Shown piece after piece: positions 52,342 through 64,000 of a DNA stretch of 64,000 nucleotides. The notes under the pieces are model-generated. The model was not told where the DNA came from, searched no databases, and was given only the letters and a program-made list of their open reading frames with translations. A program made the position numbers and the translations under genes. Position 1 is the stretch's first letter, and the number at the start of each line of letters is the position of its first letter. The DNA lies in the NCBI RefSeq assembly GCF_036588685.1, contig NC_086376.1, positions 87,957,630 through 88,021,629 of the forward strand. The letters run 5' to 3'. The stretch comes from Mytilus trossulus. Lineage: Eukaryota.

Positions 52342-52999
52342 TATTTGAAAATGTATCGGTAAACATGTTTTTGTGTGTTTATGTGATAAAACTAGGGGCA
52401 TAATTCTTTTAAAATAACAGTAGATCACCTTCCCTTATTATATATATGTTCTGAGATATTGCTGATATCGGGCCATAACTCTTTTTATAAAAGACGACCG
52501 TCCACCATTATAGAACGTGTCCAATATATTGTATTTAGTAAAGCATAGTAAAGTTTTATAAAAATGTGTCAAGAAGCCAGTGAGAGCACCAACGGATAAA
52601 TTTTCCATATACGTTATATTTCCCAGGGGAGTAACTTTTTCAAACAGAACATATCACACTAAAAATGAGAGTCGGCTATACAAATTCCTCGATCGACAAA
52701 TACCGACTTTACTCAAATTTTCATATTAAATTCATTTCATTCCAAATCATAATAAGTCTAAAATAATTATTTTACAATGTATAGGCTCGTAACAATGTTT
52801 AAACATTTTGTGTGTATTTCAGTCTAGATGCCATCTAGTAAATCACAGAGGTTACACACGATATAAACATATATATATAGAGATACAAACACGATAAATT
52901 TAAAACTGCCAACTAGACATTCTATTTTTTTTTAATAATAATCACTCCTTATCCATGCGTTACCCATTTTCATCTCTAGCTAAAATATTGAAAACAACA

Positions 53000-53300
53000 C
53001 GTTATTACTTTCTTGCGTCCGAAGCGCTTTTCTGGATTTACCTTCATCAGGAACGCTCAAAGCCAAACATTTGAAATCCGAAGAAGCATAAGTACCGAAA
53101 CCGTTGAAGAGCTGTATGTCAAAAATACCTAAAATAAATAGCCAAATTCATCTAAAGCCAACTTTGCCTGAGGGAGTTGAAACCTTAGTTTCTTAATAAT
53201 TTATAAATTTATAAACGGACAAATTTTGGTAAAGTTTGTTAAATCATGTCAGTACCGAAATACTGACTACTGAGCTGATGATACCCTCGGGGACTGATAA
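53000..53300 (-). mobile_element. Retrozyme-like repeat, family C
   Basis: Same layout as families A and B: gtccccgagggtatc block, UUCG hairpin, gctcttcaac, then hammerhead. Confidence 0.75.
53015..53056 (-). ncRNA. Type I hammerhead variant with atypical helix II, predicted cleavage after UUC
   Basis: gcgttc-CTGATGA-a-gg(taaat)cc-a-GAAA-a(gcgc)t-TC-ggacgc. Confidence 0.7.
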
Positions 53301-53579
53301 GGGTTTAAATTAAAAGTCACTAGCAAGTTAACATTTTTTAGAGATGTTTCTTAGCCTTATAATATGATATAATTGAACCAAACTTGCTTCTCATAGAGAA
53401 TTATTTTTCTATTTAATGCTTTCATTAATGATTTTAAAAAAGTATTATATTTTGTTATTTTTTTTAAATCTCGTAGATAATATCCCTAAAATACTAGTAT
53501 TAATACATTTTTTTATCTTCTCAAAACCAATGCACTTAATTTGTTCTGAATTTTTATCTTTTATGATTGATTGAGCAAT

Positions 53580-54520
53580 GCTCATTCAACTGACACTGAC
53601 CTTGTTTTCATGGTCTGTTTGGTTTATGTTAATTTTTTGGACACAGGTTACATTGAAGACCTGTTGATGACCTTCCGCTGGGTTTTTGCTATGGTCGGGT
53701 TGTTGTCTCTTTGATACATTTCCAATTTCCATTCTCAATTTTATTTTACATTATATTACAACGCTTCCGTCTGTCTAAATGAGAGATTTAAGTTATGTTG
53801 TCAAGTCCGTATCATAGATATCAAAACATCAATTGTATTTAGTATATGAAATTGTTTTACTCTGGCAGATTTCATTTTAACTTGACCTTAGTGTCAAAAT
53901 TCATTTTACAATGTTTAAAAGAGGAAACAGTGGGACATTCAAACAACTCACAAGGCGGAAACAAACTGACAATGCCATGGTTGAAAAAGACAAGCATATA
54001 AACAATATTAAACAAATGATAATTAACTGTGAGCCCCTTTTATAATTAGCGGATGAAATTATTACACAGTGTACATGTCTGTCTTGTAGATTTCATCTGA
54101 CCATGACATCATTTAAATGGTCCATTGGACAATGTTAAGTGTTTGTGGTTAAGTTTATTTTATCATATCTGATAAGCTAAAATTCAAAACTGTTTATGTA
54201 TGGAACGACTGTAAAAAGTACATGTCTGTCCGGTAGGGTAAATATGACCTTGATCCAATTTTCATGGTTCATTGGTGAACGATCATTTTTCGATTTTTTA
54301 CCAATAAAAATATATCTTATAAAGATTCAACGAGCAACAGTTCTTTTTTTTGAAATTCCGTTGATGGAATGATCGTAAGGTGAACATGTCTATCTATCAG
54401 GATTCATATGATCTTGATCTTATTTTCATTGTTTAATGTTTAAATTTTGAGGAGCGATTTGTTTCTTGGTTACTATAAGCGCTAGGAACACTATGATTGT
54501 AAAATGAACATGTCTGTCTA
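53580..54520. repeat. Degenerate ~150-165 bp tandem units, interrupted by other repeats
   Basis: catgtctgtc...tgaccttga...tttcatggt at about 53590, 53860, 54073, 54221, 54385 and 54509. Confidence 0.55.
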
Positions 54521-54757
54521 TGGACAATCAGTTAATCGATTGATCGTGAAGGCTGTAATAGTTATCAAAGGTACCAGGATTATAATTTAGTGAAGTGACC
54601 TATAGTTGATTACAACGCCATTTTGTTTTGTTCGATAGTTTGATCGGTGTACTATATATCTCCACTTGTTTAAATTGAACTAGTCTAATTGCAACTAATG
54701 AAAACCCATAAAATAAAATAATTATAATAGAACTGGTTTTTAGATTTTAATCATGTA

Positions 54758-54920
54758 TCAATCAGGCTTGGGCGCCAATACTTTCTTTAAGAAAGCACAC
54801 TGTGTCTCCCTCAGTCCTCTGCCATATTTAGGACAATCACTGTCAATAATCAGGTATTTCCTGTCTCGGCAATCATATCGATTCCAATCATCACAAGTGT
54901 CTTGGCAGAAATTTGGATTT
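54758..54920 (-). CDS. Carboxylesterase-like C, exon 3 (last)
   Basis: ttgtag| phase 2: GNPNFCQDTCDDWNRY...RETQCAFLKKVLAPKPD*. Confidence 0.9.
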
Positions 54921-54981
54921 CTACAACAAATATGAAATTATTTCCTTAAGTATAACTTTAGATATGTATTTGTTTTATTTA

Positions 54982-55891
54982 AGCCTCGGTCACACCTTAC
55001 CGGATTAGACGAACGGACGTCTAACGGATGAAAATAATTGTTATCCGTTGGGAGTCCATTGATGTACTGACCAACTAAAACGGGCGCCTAACGAATGCAT
55101 CACGGACATGCAGCGGATATGCAACGGACGAGAAACGGCGACGTACCGGACAGAACGGATGTCAAACGTACATCCAACGGACGAGTACCGCATAAACCGG
55201 ACACCTAACGGAAGCGTACCGGATAAAACGGATAAACAAGATATACGAAAAAATTAAAGGCGTAAATCGCATTAATATTGAAAATGTTCTGTGTAACTGG
55301 TTTTGGTTTGTTCTTCAAAATGACGCTAAAGGGCAGTGCCTGACCTGAATAACATCTGCTTGATTGTGAAGATGTGCTTTTATTCTAAGATCGATTATAT
55401 AAATAATAAGAATTCATGAACCTTAAGAAATCTAATTGGCTTTTCTGACGAGAAATTTTCAATTGGCATTTATCCGTTTGATCCGTTATACGTCCGGTAG
55501 AAGTCCGTTTCACATTCGTTCAACATCCGTTTCATCCGTTAGACGTCCGTTGGTGAATTTATCTGCCAGACCTCCAACGGATGTATAACGGACACGTAAC
55601 GGATACAAAACGGAAACGAAACGGACGAGTACCATACAAAACGGACGTCTAACGGACGTCCAATGGACATTTTATCCGTTGGACGTCCGTTCAAAGTTTT
55701 GAACATGCTCAAATTTTTCCATCGGACAGAACGGACGTCGACGGATAAAACGTACGCTTAACGGACATGCAACGGATATGGACGGACGCCTAACGGATAA
55801 GAACGGATGTCTAACGGACATGAACGGATTGAAAAAAAAAGTTATCCGTTAGTCGTCCGTTCGAGTTGTCCGGTAAAGTGTGACTGAGGCT
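54982..55891. mobile_element. Complete non-autonomous TIR element (PIF/Harbinger-like) in the last intron of esterase C
   Basis: TIRs agcctcggtcacaccttaccgga..cgaacggacg.ctaacggat / atccgttagtcgtccgttcg..tccggtaaagtgtgactgaggct; flanks tta/ata; about 30 AACGG/CCGTT motifs. Confidence 0.85.
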
Positions 55892-56964
55892 ATATAAAGA
55901 TAACGAAAATTAGATAACGATAAATAGAAACATACATTGAGATTGAATATTTTTAAAATCGGTAACTTGATGTATACGGATAGTTTTTGAAAAATAATTT
56001 ATCGAAACGTAGGTTAATTGAGAACCAATTCACTCATGTTTTGTTAAAATGCAGTTAAAGAAAATGTCTTTTTTTGAAATAAAATAATCAGGAAATGAAT
56101 TTGCGGATATCTGACTCACATCGGTGTTCTCTTTTGCAGCAAAACTATTTTCCGAAAAGAAATAATAAACCCGTTTTTATGTATGATACCTTTCGACATG
56201 AAAGATATGGTATGCACTGTATGACAGGTTGATTTATTGAATAGATATGAAGCCAGGGTTTAACTCTACACGTCTTTTTGGTTTATTGCTGCCTAAGTGA
56301 TATGAACCCCACCAATCCTTTTATCCTTTATTAAGCAAATTATACATTTTTTTTTCAATTTTATTTAAATATTTGGGTTGTTTTTCATTTGCAAAAGCGT
56401 AAATAATATGTGCACGGATTTTTTAAAATATCATTGTTATTCTGTTTATCAAACAGTACTGTGATAAGATATTCGTTGGAACTACTCATATATTTCGTTT
56501 GCCAAACATTCGGAACTTTCTGTTGTGCCTAAAGGAGAGTGCAGTGCCCATTTGAAAGACCATTCGTGCTGATTTAATATGTTGAATTTTAAGGGTCATT
56601 TGACGATTTTAATTCAAATTTGCTATGAATGTCATTAACACCGGCTGTTCCGTTTAATATGATAATCTATTGAAGCATTACTGTATTATAAAACATGCTG
56701 TAAGGTAGCAGTACTGCTTTAATTTTGTTATAAGAACATAATGCATTCTAGGTGATAGCGTCAACAAAACGTTGTTATTTGTTTTAAAGCCGCCATCACA
56801 ATGGAAATTCGAGCAGATTCGGGTACGTTCGAAGAATTAAATTATACATAGTTCTTTAAATTCTGATATGACGAATTGAGAATTAAAATGAAAGTTACTT
56901 TTAAGTTTAGTGTACGAAAATTATTTTACCAGACATTGAAAAATATTTAAAGAAAGATAAATAC

Positions 56965-57226
56965 CCTGTTTTAGCAAATGTTGTCCAGTAGTTCATGATT
57001 CTTTTACTGACAATTCTGTCTGTGTCGGAGTAGTTGCCGCTGTCTATCAAAGGCATACCAAAGATAAAGTCATTTTCAGATGTGTGTGGAACTCCGAACC
57101 ATGGCGGTATAGATGAAAATGACGCCCTGTAGTCGAAGGAATACATGTAGACTGGATTACCAGGGTTAACTGAGGTGAGAGTCTGTGCAAGTTCTATCAC
57201 ACCACATTTGAAATTGATATCTGAAC
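56965..57226 (-). CDS. Carboxylesterase-like C, exon 2 (WFGVPHTSENDFIFG)
   Basis: ttgtag| and GG|gtatt; 262 nt. Confidence 0.93.
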
Positions 57227-57865
57227 CTACAAGTATCATATTAGAAACATCTATTATAAAACATTTCAAGAACGCAATTACAAACATACTTATACATAAA
57301 CTTTTAACTTTATGCTGTATTTCTCAGCTGATATTTGAAAAATAAACTTAGTTTTACCGAAACAAAAGTTTGTTTTCTCTTTGAAAAAGTATTGGGTTAT
57401 ATGTATCTTAGTATCATTTTTATACAAATGACCTACTTGTTTCTTTTTTATTTCAATACTTATTACTATTTTTGTTCAATTTATATATATACCTTTCAAG
57501 GTTAGCATTTGATAAATTGTCTGAAAATTTAATTACATTACAAACTGTCTGTTTCATAGATGGAGATACAAAAATACACACTATGTTATTACTTATAAGA
57601 TACGCATGTTGTTATTACTTATGGGATACACATGTTGTTATTACATATGGGATACACATGTTGTTTTACTTCTGGGATTCACACGTTATTATTATTACGT
57701 TTTGTAAATTTCTAAAACGAAGTAATTGGGTAATTTTAAATAGAGTCTTGATTCCTTAATGGTTGTAGTATATTGAAAATATAAGTGATACTCCCACAAT
57801 TATATATTGCAAAAGTTATTAAATAATGAATATATATATAAGAAATCTGAATGTTATTTTATATA

Positions 57866-58060
57866 CTGTAAATTCAGAAATTATATTGCGATTTTGTCAT
57901 TTTAGACTCAAATGCGATTTTTATTTTTAAGATTTTGAAAAAAAAACTCTGTTTAATTCATATAAAAAATATTTCAAAATGCAAGTTTAAGTTATTGCGT
58001 TTACAACTCGGACGCACTTTCGCAATAATAGAAATCTCGACATAATTTCTGGATTAACAG
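57866..58060. mobile_element. Tc1/mariner-type MITE
   Basis: ta|ctgtaaattcagaaatta ... taatttctggattaacag|ta. Confidence 0.75.
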
Positions 58061-58085
58061 TAGTATCTTAACATTAAACACTAAC

Positions 58086-59265
58086 CTATGTCTATTGAGA
58101 CGTCTAGGTAGGACTCCGGTGCTTCTGGTTGGGTTGGTCGAAGATAAAATTGACCAATGTTATTTATAGTTGCATGGTCTGCAACGACGTAAAATGAAAT
58201 AAATCTGAAGTAGTTTTCCCTCGTTATATTTCCACCATTGACGTCTATTAACTCAAGGAAGAACGATATCTCATCCTTTACAACCCCTAACAAAACTGGT
58301 ATATGCTTGGGAAGAGGCTGTTTCATGAGCTCTGTTGGTGATTTACAAATGAATCCAGTTTTATCAGTTGTAGGCAAATGAACTCTAAAAAACAACGGAG
58401 GGACTGGCATAGAAGGAGCCTGTAATTCCGTCAATGATGGTGCTGGTAATGATCGTAGACATTTAATCTTTTCCTCTACTGAGGCCTTGTTACAACCAAG
58501 CTGTGTAGCAAAGGCATTGGCAGTATTAAGTGCTTCAGAAGGGGGATGAAAAAACTTCTTCGAATCAGCTTCTCCACTTTGTATGATTGCTTTTTGAAAA
58601 TATGGGCGTGTAAACTCGGATAGCATGTGATAATTCACACTAGCACCACCAGCACTGTTTCCAAATAAAGTAATTTTATGTTTGCTTCCTCCAAATCTTC
58701 TCACGTTATCATGTATCCATTTAATTGCTAGTGATTGATCAAGCAGTCCCATATTACCAGGAGCATCTTTGTGGTCAAAATATAGAAAACCTAATGGTCC
58801 AACTCGGTAATTAATTGTAAACACAATAGTATCTGTAAAAGCAGCAATCACCTTTGGATTACTACGAGTCCCATCGGCAATAACGAATCCTCCTCCTTCA
58901 ATCCATATCATTGTGTGTTTGCGTTTACATCCTCCTTGGGGGATCCATGCATTTAGGTATAAACAGTCTTCACCTTGGTTGGCTGCTGGAATATTAGAGG
59001 TAAAGAAAACAGGCTGTGTACACGATTTGGCAAACTTCTGAGTGAGTCTTGTTCCTTTCCATGGCCTCTTTGGAACAGGTTCTCTAAACCTTAAATTTCC
59101 GACTGGAAGTTCGGCATATGGTATTCCTAAATGTGTATCAATCTTTTTACCAAGAACAATCTGAGTATAACCTTCAATCCTTCCTAACTTCGTTTTTATT
59201 TTTGTTTTTACTGATGTGCAATCGGTTACTAAAAAAACAATTAAAAGAAAACACGGTACAAACAT
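58086..59265 (-). CDS. Type-B carboxylesterase/cholinesterase-like C, exon 1 (GNSAG, GVVKDE)
   Basis: ATG at 59265, 1180 nt, G|gttagt donor; 8 aa shorter than A and B just after the catalytic Glu. Confidence 0.95.
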
Positions 59266-62132
59266 TCTCAAAGATAAATGAGGATGATGTTGTCGAACCG
59301 AGTCTAAGATTGAAAATGAAAAAACATTAACAACTATTTTGGAAAGTCCAGAAATTTACTTAATAACTCTTGTAACATTTGTTAAAAGATGCGTTTTAAA
59401 CATGTGTTTTACCATTTTCGTAATTGATTCAAAATACTGAATTTCCATAAGCTGATGCGTGTTCATGAACATGCCAGTGCTGACGTTTACAAATTTCAAG
59501 GTCCTTTGTTAGTGACAAGGACAGTCTTGAGTAAATTTAAAATGTCTTATACAACAGAGCATAACAATGTTATTATATATGATGTACATATTTAAAAAGA
59601 TCAACCAAGTTCATTTTAACGGATTCAAATCAATGTTTGCAAACAAACGATAGATGTCATGCGAGTTTTTAGTCAGATCAGCTGACCTTTTACATTGCTC
59701 CTACTTTATGGGGTCATATAATGTTTGCGTGCTGCTATTCACGTCCAAAGTGGAAACGGTATACTTTGTTCTACTTTCTTAATTTTAGTACTGTGGTAAA
59801 ATCGGGAATATGACAGTTGTTATCTTTTCGCTTGATGAGTATGAGCTTTTGATATTGTCATTTGGTTAGGGACTTTCCGTTTTGAATTTCTCTGGAAACT
59901 CTGTTTTTATGTTATATTTTTGGTAACTTGTTCGAAGTTTATCTCACATTAAATCGGTTGTTTCAAATACATTATATTTGCATTTATGGACATCGCCATA
60001 TATTTCACTTCTCTCTTGAGGGACATTAATTGATTGGTTGGTATTAAATAGAAAACTAAGACATAGACTTGATTATCAATATTATTGAACCGCCAGTTTA
60101 ATTTAAACACAAAGTTATGATTTTTTTTCAGATTATTAGAAGCAGATTGGATAATTAACCAAATCATTTCAAATGTTCTATAGTAATATTTCAGGCTTTC
60201 AACATTACATTTCCATAAGGAACCGTTATATTATTAATATATAAATGAACAAGGTTGGTGTAAGCAATTTTCGTTCGATTTACGGCCTTCAAAGTGACAA
60301 AACATGGTTCATAGAGGACAAAATCCCCATAACATGAAAAAAGATCAGTATTTTTTTTTTACAAAAATCAATTTACTAGCGAATCTAAAAATCAACTACT
60401 GGTGTCTTAAACTTTTCATTTGAGCAATCATGCTATTAACGGCGGTTGTATTATTGTAAATCCAACAGATTCATGCACATTTTTTTACAGTTTTAATGAA
60501 GACGTTATTAAGTTGTAAAACTTGTCTCTAATTCATTTGTCATTTTGAACAATCAAGTATGTTTTTTAAACTATCAGTTTACATCTGATTAGCGAAAGTA
60601 TCTTGAAAATAAACAGGATTTCATCTTATTTCTCAAGTTATCTCTGTCTTCTAATACTATCCATAACACCTTATCATGTTTTCGTCTTCACAAGCATGCA
60701 AAATAGTCACTTGATGTTAAACCAAAATACTGCATCAATCATCGCCATTGTCTTAAAATGTTATACATACTGATCTGTATTTCAATGACAAAGTCCTGGT
60801 GGTATTTTAAACGTTGTTTACTCATATAAGCGGGACGCTCTTCAACCTTGAAAAAGATCAATGCTTGAGGGACAAGTCTGAGACATATATTACGGACGTC
60901 ATCAAGGTTGTTCATGTTCGTACGTTCAACTTATATATACAATATTCGTACATTTGAACGGGATTACGATACAAGAAGACATGAATGAATCGCCAAGCTA
61001 ACTTTCAGGTTTCGTAGTGGGAACAAATGGATTTAAACTGTTTCCTTTAAATATATGTAATTTTGTTGGTTTTTGTCTTGCAATTTTTTACTTATTGGTT
61101 TACATTATTAAAAGCATTAACTCCGTAGCTAAATGACAAACTATCAGTAAAACATTTACAATGATATAACGTGATAAAAATCTCACCAGCAACCTTACCT
61201 ATGATAACGTCTCAGTCACTATAGATGAATGAATGCTAAAAGACACGTTGTCTCACTTGGTATTGTGTTCATAAATATATATGTCCTCAGGTGTATGTCA
61301 TTGACAGAAGATGTCTGTTGTTGTTCTGTTGTTTACATGTTGTGTCAAATATTATATTACTAGTATTTGTTTGTGTGTTTCTTTGTGATGAGTGGTCTTG
61401 CATGTTTTTGTGTTAAGTATTAAGTTAAGTTTTCTTGAAACGTCTTGTACCGAGTGATGAATATGGCAGTTATTATCAAATATGTCATTTCTATGAGTCT
61501 TTGCGTTTGTTTTTGTTGCACTGCAGTGTTCCTACTAGTCCTTTGTTTTTGTGTTTCTCTCAGAATAAGTTTGCTACCCGGATTTGTATTTTTTTTTTCA
61601 AGTGTTTTATAACTTTTAAATAGCGGTATACTACTGTTGCCTTTAATTGCCCTTTTTTCACTTCTAATGTTGACATTATTTTCCTTTAAATAAATTAGCA
61701 AGCCTACTTCATGCATAACCCATCTCTAGCTAATGGGTTAAATTGAAGGTCATATGATTAATCATACACGTATATACCCGACCACGTCTACTAAGGGGAG
61801 GTTGGGGTAAGGGTTGGTATCTCGTTAACTTTATTCATGTATGTGTCTGTCCCAAGACAGGAGCCTGTAATTCAGTGGTTGCCGTTTTTTAATGTTTTAC
61901 ATATTTGTTTTTCGTTCTTTTTTTATATATATAAATTAGGCAGTTAGTTTTCTCGTTTAAATTGTTTTACATTGTCATATCGGTTCCTTTTATAGTTGAC
62001 TATGCGGTATGGGCTTTGCTCATTGTTGAAGACCGTACGGTGACCTATAGTTGTTTTAATGTTTGTGTCAATTTTGTCTTTTGTGGATAGTTGTCTCATT
62101 GGCAATCATACTACATCTTCTTTTTTATATGT

Positions 62133-62399
62133 ACACCTTACAATCATTCCATACAACAAATATAGTAGATCTATTGCATAAAGTATGAGAAAAACAGTGG
62201 TCACTGAACCATGACAATGAGGTCAAGGACTGACGGAAACTTCGTAACATGAGGCATCTATATACAAAGTATGAAGCATCCAGGTCTTCCACCTTCTAAA
62301 ATATAAAGCTTTTAAAAAGTTAACTAACGCCACCACCGCCGCCGGATGACTATCCCTATGTCGAGCTTTCTGCAACAAAAGTTGCAGGCTCGACAAAAA
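62133..62399 (-). mobile_element. Helentron-associated / pearl-like non-autonomous element end
   Basis: Minus strand reads ttttt-gtcgagc-ctgcaac(tttt)gttgcag-aaa-gctcgac, then a (GGC/GGT)n microsatellite, then a ccttgacctcatt unit related to 53580-54520. Confidence 0.6.
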
Positions 62400-64000
62400 T
62401 CACAAATACGGTTGTTGGGTACGAAATGACAAAGGTTTGAAAAAAGCAAGACACGTAATAAATAGATTCCGATCGAAACACTTATTACTGAATCGGTGAT
62501 ATGATCAGGAACTTAAAAATACTGTTAACGAGCCGTGATAATACATTATATGTGTGGCATACAAAAGCTAATTAATGAATATCAAATACATCCGTATTCT
62601 AGGATTTAGCTTCACGGGGTACGCTCTTGAAAACCGAAGGCTGTACTACAAGAAATAAACAAACACGCCGAGGTAAATGACAAAAAGAACTTGAAAAATA
62701 ACAAAATTCATATAACTCAAGGTCATTTTTGCTTGAGAAATTTTGAACCTTGATTTCTTATTTATTTCTCAATAGATCAATGTGCTTTATGACAAAAACA
62801 TATTAAAATACAGTTGTGTTAACCATATGTTACTTAACATTGAATATACATGTTTTCCAAACTACCATAACAAACTTTAACGTGTCAAAACCGTCACGAT
62901 TTACATATCACCGTTGGCGCATGTAAACATGTGCATGTTATTCTTCGAAAAATGAAATATGATTTAAATAAATGTAGGTTGGTAAATTTGTATAAATGTT
63001 CATAACAACTCGTCATTCTTAACAAAACAAATTCTAGAAAATTGATGTAAACCATAAATTATCGTTGTGCTTTATCATAACGTCTTTGACAATTAATAAA
63101 GTTAGAATGTGAGATGCATGGTTATAACCCATAGTTAGATATTTAACCAAAAAGTCATGTTTGTTTATGATAAAGGATAAAACCCATTTTGTCTACAAGT
63201 TTGTATGTGTATACTGCTTAAACTTAATTCTGAATTTTATGTAAGATATAAAAAAAGAAGACGTGATATGATTGCCAATGAGACAAGAGGCCAAAATGAC
63301 ACAGAAATTAACAACTAAATGTCACCGTTTTGCCTTCAACAATGAGCAAAGCTCATACCGCATAGTCAGCTATAAAAGGTTTGTTAGCCATCGACCCAGA
63401 ATACACTTCAATAAAAAATGTGATAAATCATAATAAATCCTAACCCGACTCTTTCCAATTTTTGTTTAACATATTTTTTAACATTGGCTGCTATTAACCA
63501 TCAACTGTACAATGGAAATTCTGCACCTAAGAAGTATTCCGCCGTATTGACTTTCTGTGATTCGTTTCTGTTTAGTTAGTGCAATAGACACTTATTATCT
63601 AAAATTCAACTAAAAATATACCTCAAAAACTTCATTTCAATGAGATATTATCCAAATTTGAGGCATACAAAAAACATTTTGTTACGGAAAATTTTAATAA
63701 CACAAAAAATCCGTATTTTCATGCCGGTACCTCATAGATATTTCTTAATTTAATAGGTAATGAAAAGAAACACACTGATTCCGACAAAATATATATACGG
63801 AAGATTTTATCATCAAAATGCTGGAATTTTTATATCGACAACATATTTTTCTAGTTAAGTGGATGAACATTTAAGTGATAGTAGGTATACTTTGGTATTT
63901 ATTGCGCACCCCAACTTGTCGAACTATTTTTGTTATCCCTTGAAACATACTGCATACAGATTTGTTTTGTTTTTTGTTCTTTTGTTTTTATTATTGATAG

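Noticed and set aside
31890-59265. Calling the esterases acetylcholinesterase (ace)
   Set aside because: They lack the W84-equivalent, GESAG and AChE-type C-terminal anchors; only a family-level call is supported.

Overview
AT-rich, intron-containing animal DNA. The repeat families look bivalve and Mytilus-like, which is an inference. No prokaryotic system, CRISPR array, rRNA or tRNA was seen. Genes were reconstructed by hand from GT-AG splice sites and reading phase. (1) The 5' part of a multi-Ig-domain secreted or cell-surface gene on the minus strand (591-8157) runs off the left edge, and its signal-peptide exon with upstream region is tandemly duplicated. (2) A divergent single-Ig, single-TM gene on the plus strand (12535-17378) carries a 1-nt frameshift. 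(3) An uncharacterised protein of about 255 aa with an internal two-fold repeat lies on the minus strand (21138-28319, 7 exons found). (4) Three tandem, intact, 3-exon type-B carboxylesterase/cholinesterase-like genes lie on the minus strand (29536-33093, 47158-50554, 54758-59265). They keep the catalytic triad but lack the choline-binding features of true AChE, and the middle copy looks mosaic. The most striking non-coding signal is a set of eight type I minimal hammerhead-ribozyme motifs in three divergent families of retrozyme-like repeats (about 300 bp each), with compensatory base changes in the helices. They sit alongside Penelope-like RT relics. Also present are Harbinger-like and Tc1/mariner-like MITEs, two near-perfect foldback palindromes, an L2/CR1-group LINE tail with a nested insertion, a Helentron/pearl-like end and minisatellites.
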